Source of the DNA: Thalia democratica
Lineage: Eukaryota
DNA: 64,000 nt
Assembly (NCBI GenBank): GCA_965202585.1
Contig: OZ241829.1
Coordinates: 23,808,001 to 23,872,000, forward strand
Direction of reading: 5' to 3'
Shown here: positions 60,001 to 64,000 of the stretch, piece after piece
How the letters are laid out: each line of letters opens with the position of its first letter
Position numbering within the stretch: position 1 is the stretch's first letter
Notes under the pieces: model-generated
Seen by the model: only the letters and a program-made list of their open reading frames with translations
The model's database searches: none
What the model was told of the DNA's origin: nothing
Made by a program: the position numbers and the translations under genes

Positions 60001-62810
60001 CAGAACTTGAATTGTCAGAACTTTAACAGTCGTGCACCCAAAAACTATACAATGACTGCATAAAGCTATTCAACACTGTGTAAGAAAGTATTATAAAGGC
60101 GCTTCTTGATTTGATTTGATTATTATAAGTTTTCTTGAACTTTAATCAAGGAGTACCTCCACAAACTTTATTTAAATTGTTATAAATTGTGCCAAATGAT
60201 TTTTGTGATAATTTCCACATGTAAAACAATTTACAGCAAAACACTTTTAGGTTGCATTTTTGATCCCTGACAGTTTGCATTGGGGTGGCTTTCAAAAAAT
60301 CAAATGGTGCCTGCGTGAAAGTTTCTTCAAATCATCTAAAATTTTTCACAAGGTCTTGTTGTAATATTTGCTAATTGTAAAAAAAATTAGCTGAAAACCA
60401 AAAGTCGCTGTTTTTATAAGCACCTTACTGTGCAAAGTTGTTTAAAATTTTGAATAACATTACAAATGAAAATAATAGTATGCTCACAATTCCAAGCCGA
60501 TTTTTTTTTAATTTTATGATTTATTTTATATACCCCTAATCCCTCCCTGTAACTTTTATTCATACTTATTTCTTTATTAATTTATTTTCAACTACAACTG
60601 AGCGTGTCCTAAAAATAATACATATATTTAGCATACTGTTTACAACTAATAAAGTAATTGGTTATCATTAAAATTTTCAAATGAAATCAAATAGTTTTAA
60701 AAATTATTTTTCAACTAAACGTTACCTTTAAAGCATACTAAGCTGGATACGTCAACTTCACCAGGTGTTGTCTGTCCACATTCTGCCATCAAAGTAGTTT
60801 TGGAAGCGTAACCACTGTTACATTCAAAGTCAACCTGAGTACCATGTTTGACTGGTAGAACAGGTTTTAATCCATTTACTGTTGGCGTGGCATAATCTAC
60901 TGAAGGAATACTGCTGCACTCTGGGACAAAAACCAATAATGTTAAAGATAAAATATTACCGTATAGAACAACATTAAATTAAATAAGAAATAAAACAAGT
61001 TACAAGTTTTATATTTTAGGTATGAAAAAATTGTTATCTGTTGTTCATTATTTTACAATAAATGTACAATTAAACATAAAGAAACTAAAAAATAATGAAA
61101 AGTCTTAACAATTTTGCAACACTAACTTTATTTTAAGTGTAAATATTTCTGGTAACATCACAAACTTTAAAACCAGCACTAGAATAAAAACTCGTAAAGA
61201 TTTACTTATATTAAGAATTTTAAAAAAATTCCGTATTAAAAAGTTACTTATAACTTAGATTTTATTTTGTGTTTTTTAAGGCAGGTCACCACATTCAGCG
61301 ATATTAATTGTGTTAGACAGAAAATCGCAAAATAATTACCATAAAAAATTATAAAATTAAATTGTTGAAATTAGTACAGCTTTTAAACTGTCGTCTTATT
61401 AAAGTGTTTTACCAAACAACAAAACCTTTATAGCAGCCAGCTTCGTGTTGCCATCCCATCGTAGTGCAAACAATTCGGCTGTTTTCAGGACTCGGTTGCG
61501 CGTCTTCGTTGCAGGTGAAGCTGAAATACTCGCCGTCCGTGTAACTTTCACTCGCGTCTACACTGTACTCTCCGAACTCGAGTTCTGGCAGCAACTTGCT
61601 ACAATCTGTCCGAATGGTTGCGTAAAAAGTTAATTTTACTTGAAAAGATAACAACAATTTGGCGTGGAGCGGAAAACGTTTTTGAAAAACCAGTTGCTGT
61701 TACAAAAGCTGTTTTGTAGTTGTTTTCAAACAGCAACGATAAAAACCTGCTTTTCTTTTTAGTTACAAGAAATTACCAGCTAAAAACAAGCGCCTGGTAT
61801 ATTTTTTTAACCAAAAACTAACGATCGAAGTGGAACGTCTTGTCAATTACAAGCTCATCAAAGGATTCCGATTTACACTCGGCCCAGCTGGGAACATTTT
61901 CGTGCTCCGGAAATCTTCCGGTCAGCAACACCCACGAATGGTGGTCTTCTGTTGAAAAAAATAACATGAAACTTTTCGTTAAGCTCTCCACCGCCGAAAA
62001 ATAAAAAGAAATAATAAACATAAAGTTTTGATCTTTAAATTATTTGCAGTTATAAGCCCAAATACTTTTGTTTTTCGTAATTCAAGTAGCTTCAAAACCA
62101 AAACTGTGACTGATGTATGGCCAAACTTTTTAATAATTGACTGTAAAATATATTAAATTTAGATAAAAACTTCAGCCAGTGATGAGCATTTATTTCACCT
62201 AAAGTTACACAATAACCGAATACTTTAATTATTTTAATTTGAACAAAACAAACCGCTATACGAGATTGAGCAGCCTGAAATTTCGTCAACTCCGATACTT
62301 CTCAGTATTGTTTTGATCTGAGAATCATCGTTGGCACTGCGAAGTGCTGAACCACCTCTGACTGCTATTACTATGACGTCACCAAAAGTCGAGTTGTTCT
62401 CGATGAAAAGGCCCATATTTGTGATCTGTAAATGGTATTAAGTAAATAGAGAACAAATTAGGAGCATGTTTTAGATATCAAATCAGAATTTTTGTTTAAA
62501 AAAGTTTTCAAGATGCACAACAACAAAAAAAACCTGTTGCGGTTTAACAAAAATTGGTAAAAAATATTTTGATAGCTTTTTCATTTACTTTGAAAACAAA
62601 CAACTTTAACACTGACCCCATCGATTTCTTGAGTGTCGAACTTGTCGTATTGAACTTCATTAGTCAGGGGATTTATGATCGCAACTGCGTGTCCTCTCAC
62701 TTTCTTAGTGTCCAAGTTATCACCTGCTTGCCACCTGATAACTGCATTTGCACTCCCGTCACCATCTGTTCCTGAGTAGCCAAGCGATGACGCGTAAACG
62801 CGAAAAGTTT
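35722..62810 (-). CDS. Copy B: multi-exon gene (5' end not found) for ILEI-CCPx4-CTL-CCP-ILEI-CCPx3-CTL-CCP-CTL, about 1350 aa
   Basis: 21 exons join in phase (4061 nt): 62617-62810, 62254-62425, 61823-61948, 61426-61605, 60726-60920, 59064-59252, 58790-59002, 52719-52845, 51178-51503, 48797-48985, 46786-46964, 46391-46565, 45772-45897, 45363-45545, 42250-42444, 41278-41481, 39575-39698, 37430-37749, 37123-37305, 36464-36587, 35722-36058. A single transcript is inferred from phase compatibility. Confidence 0.8.
36464..36587 (-). CDS. Copy B exon, terminal CTL N-terminal half
   Basis: [27 protein letters not shown]; 124 nt as in copy A. Confidence 0.8.
36806..36948 (-). pseudogene. Half-CCP exon ending in TGA TGA (copy B)
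   Basis: Same structure as 14329-14471. Confidence 0.55.
37123..37305 (-). CDS. Copy B exon, CCP
   Basis: Same translation as 13963-14145. Confidence 0.85.
37430..37749 (-). CDS. Copy B exon, CTL C-terminal half
   Basis: CWTGIRD...WSSGEPN...LCE; 320 nt. Confidence 0.85.
37994..38036 (-). ncRNA. Minimal hammerhead (counterpart of 13219-13261)
   Basis: GACUGA CUGAUGA GCUU uaauaa GGAC GAAA CCGG UC UCAGUC; stem II has one mismatch. Confidence 0.7.
38058..38100 (+). ncRNA. Minimal hammerhead (counterpart of 13155-13197)
   Basis: Core, stem II and stem III intact; stem I partly mismatched. Confidence 0.7.
39575..39698 (-). CDS. Copy B exon, CTL N-terminal half
   Basis: [29 protein letters not shown]. 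Confidence 0.8.
41278..41481 (-). CDS. Copy B exon, CCP
   Basis: CPAAIP...[16 protein letters not shown]. Confidence 0.85.
42250..42444 (-). CDS. Copy B exon, CCP
   Basis: CPDVPS...FTCEVGF...[15 protein letters not shown]. Confidence 0.85.
45363..45545 (-). CDS. Copy B exon, CCP
   Basis: CSKPSS...FTCNK...[13 protein letters not shown]. Confidence 0.85.
45772..45897 (-). CDS. Copy B exon, ILEI domain end (module 2)
   Basis: [25 protein letters not shown]. Confidence 0.8.
46391..46565 (-). CDS. Copy B exon, ILEI domain middle (module 2)
   Basis: [24 protein letters not shown]. Confidence 0.8.
46786..46964 (-). CDS. Copy B exon, ILEI domain start (module 2)
   Basis: SFTVYALSAAFRNG...GGRGTGVAIINPLTGEYEYQKIDT matches the ILEI GRG.NVV.I.P.TG....FDT pattern. 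Confidence 0.8.
47591..48004. mobile_element. Degenerate MITE of the CAGGG...CCCTG group
   Basis: GAGGGCAGCCACT...AGTGGCTACCCTG, ATTCCAGGTT repeats, flanks CATTTA/TAATTA. Confidence 0.55.
48797..48985 (-). CDS. Copy B exon, CCP (not in the ORF track)
   Basis: CPDPPRDG...YTCDAYHTMAGSNTITCLDGVWDHETAPTC; aaccag acceptor, gtcagt donor; phase 1-1. Confidence 0.85.
49695..50270. repeat. Degraded relative of the TAGTGATGTACCGGA hAT family
   Basis: tagtgatctaccggatccggccgg start and ccggattctaattt repeats; possible hAT dimerisation-domain remnant at about 49950-50090 (weak). Confidence 0.5.
51178..51503 (-). CDS. Copy B exon, CTL C-terminal half (module 1)
   Basis: VWTGITD...FLKWGKNAPDNSGD...LNDLP...FCE; APD in place of EPN. 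Confidence 0.85.
52719..52845 (-). CDS. Copy B exon, CTL N-terminal half (module 1)
   Basis: ECYELKVSEGRFNYDGALEYCQAEFGGTLL; gtgagt donor; phase 1-2. Confidence 0.8.
54679..54716 (-). ncRNA. Minimal hammerhead in PLE 3' pLTR
   Basis: AGGC CUGAAGA UCCC uuag GGGU GAAA C guc G UU GCCU. Confidence 0.75.
55979..56016 (+). ncRNA. Hammerhead copy in the inverted pLTR, core mutated (CUUAAGA)
   Basis: Same fold as 54679-54716, but G5 is replaced by U. Confidence 0.6.
57055..57896. mobile_element. MITE with CAGGGTTGCCAC TIRs, TTCCCTGAG repeats, TAAATA TSD
   Basis: CAGGGTTGCCAC...GTGGCAACCCTG perfect 12-bp TIR; TAAATA at 57049-57054 and 57897-57902. Confidence 0.85.
58790..59002 (-). CDS. Copy B exon, CCP (module 1)
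   Basis: CGGYSEIIDNGY...YACNEGY...LNCDGSTGRFEPALPEC (Trp replaced by Phe); 61-nt intron to the previous exon. Confidence 0.8.
59064..59252 (-). CDS. Copy B exon, CCP (module 1)
   Basis: CDDLPTV...FECHEHY...VTCGVDGKWTPQIEC; gtaagt donor. Confidence 0.85.
59976..60039 (-). repeat. Orphan terminus of a 15-bp-repeat TIR element
   Basis: Three gaa(t/a)tgtcagaact(c/t) units ending in gtcgtgcaccc (GGG start on the minus strand). Confidence 0.5.
60726..60920 (-). CDS. Copy B exon, CCP (module 1)
   Basis: CSSIPSV...FECNSGY...AECGQTTPGEVDVSSLVC; gtaac donor. Confidence 0.8.
61426..61605 (-). CDS. Copy B exon, CCP (module 1)
   Basis: CSKLLPE...FTCNEDA...IVCTTMGWQHEAGC, paralogous to 1239-1421. Confidence 0.85.
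61823..61948 (-). CDS. Copy B exon, ILEI end (module 1)
   Basis: [23 protein letters not shown]; 126 nt as in module 2. Confidence 0.8.
62254..62425 (-). CDS. Copy B exon, ILEI middle (module 1)
   Basis: MGLFIENNSTFGDVIVIAVRG...IKTILRSIG. Confidence 0.8.
62617..62810 (-). CDS. Copy B exon, ILEI start (module 1)
   Basis: TFRVYASSLGY...VRGHAVAIINPLTNEVQYDKFDT. Confidence 0.8.
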
Positions 62811-62895
62811 CTGAAAAATAAACAATGCGAAAACCCAGGATATACGTCGAATATACACGCAACGTTACCTTAGCACTGGTGACTGTTCTGCACAG

Positions 62896-62930
<35 letters not shown>

Positions 62931-62934
<4 letters not shown>

Positions 62935-63353
62935 AGGTTAATGTTTAAACTTAAACACTTTCAACTGAGCCCACTTGAAGGGCTTTTAAATAATTTATTA
63001 AAATGGCGATTTTAAAAATTCTTTCATAATAACAAAAAAGATTGTCTCTAAATTAACGAAAACAACAGTTAATTGACTATAAAATACTTCAAAATTTGTT
63101 GTATTTTATAGTCAATTAACTGCTGTTTTCGTTAATTTTAGTTGTTTGATTAGTTAGAAGGTAGATCGATTTTTGTACTGAATATTTGTAATGTACAATA
63201 TTACGTCATACTGTTTTTTGTTTTTTTGCATAACTTTTGTATCTTTGTTTAGTACAGTGCTTTTATTTTGAAAATAACTGGCTGATGATTAGAGCTTTAT
63301 GAAAAATTAAAGCTTTATGAAACATATGTTCCAGAATTTTTAAAATCGCCATT

Positions 63354-63389
<36 letters not shown>

Positions 63390-63843
63390 CAAATAAGGTT
63401 AATGTTCAAACTTAAACACCTTCTACTGACCCCACTTGAAGGGCTTTTAAATAATTTATTGAAATGACGATTTTAAAAAATGCTGTAAAATATGTTTCAT
63501 AAAGACAAAAAAGATTGTCTCTAATCTTCAGCCAGTTCAAATTTAAAATAAAAAGAACTTTAGTAAACAAAGATGCAAAAGTTTACAAAAAAACAAAAAC
63601 ATAATGACGTAAGAATTGAACATTGTACATTACAAATATTTAGTACAAAAATCGATCTACCATCTAACTAATCAAACAACTAAAATTAACGAAAACAGCA
63701 GTTAATTGACTATAAAATACAACAAATTTTGAAGTATTTTATAGTCAATTAACTGTTGTTTTCGTTAATTTAGAGATAATCTTTTTTGTTATTATGAAAC
63801 ATATGTTCCGGAATTTTTTAAAATCGTCACTTCAATAAATTAT
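62931..63843. mobile_element. Two tandem (TA)n-bounded MITE-like units with ~30-bp TIRs and an internal 38-bp-arm palindrome
   Basis: Perfect 31-bp TIR 62991-63021/63334-63364; second unit 63452-63480/63814-63842; hairpins 63050-63138 and 63683-63771. Confidence 0.7.
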
Positions 63844-63955
63844 ATGTATATATAAATATATAATTAAGTTATTTAACTTAATAAATTAAATTTTTCACAC
63901 TGAGCCCACCTTGAGGGCTTTATTAATAAAAAGGTTTATTTAAAGATGCAAAACT

Positions 63956-63996
63956 CAAAGGACTCGAGTTTCGTTACTATTCACTCATCAGCTTCA
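63956..63996 (-). ncRNA. Minimal type I hammerhead, another family
   Basis: UGAAG CUGAUGA GUGA auag UAAC GAA ACUCGAGU C^CUUUG; 8-nt palindromic stem III, GUC site; stem II has one mismatch. Confidence 0.75.
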
Positions 63997-64000
63997 AAAC

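Overview
Very AT-rich, intron-rich, transposon-dense eukaryotic DNA from an invertebrate; the species cannot be determined from the sequence (GC-richer exons in AT-rich introns would fit a tunicate, which is inference). The host content is a convergent, inverted-duplicated gene pair encoding a mosaic protein of ILEI/PANDER-like (GG), CCP/sushi and C-type lectin (CTL) domains. Copy A is on the + strand (3' part only, 1-15491). Copy B is on the - strand (62810->35722, 21 in-phase exons, about 1350 aa, 5' end not found) and has two [ILEI-CCPx3-4-CTL-CCP] modules plus a terminal CTL. Positions 1-15953 and 46791-35259 are inverted copies, yet the sugar-binding loops of the terminal CTL are sharply different between them. 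Mobile DNA includes: (i) a young 4.35-kb pol-less LTR element whose intact ORF fuses a Gag-like domain to a Y-box-type cold-shock domain; (ii) a 1983-bp Transib/RAG1-like transposon with CACAGTG termini, a 5-bp TSD, a second conserved block at 12 vs 22 nt, and a Cx2Cx3GHx4C tail; (iii) a 6.36-kb foldback/MULE-like element with 15-bp-repeat arms; (iv) Penelope-like fragments and about nine minimal hammerhead ribozyme motifs, several in palindromes; (v) hAT-like MITEs. All alignments and counts were done by eye; no database searches were run.
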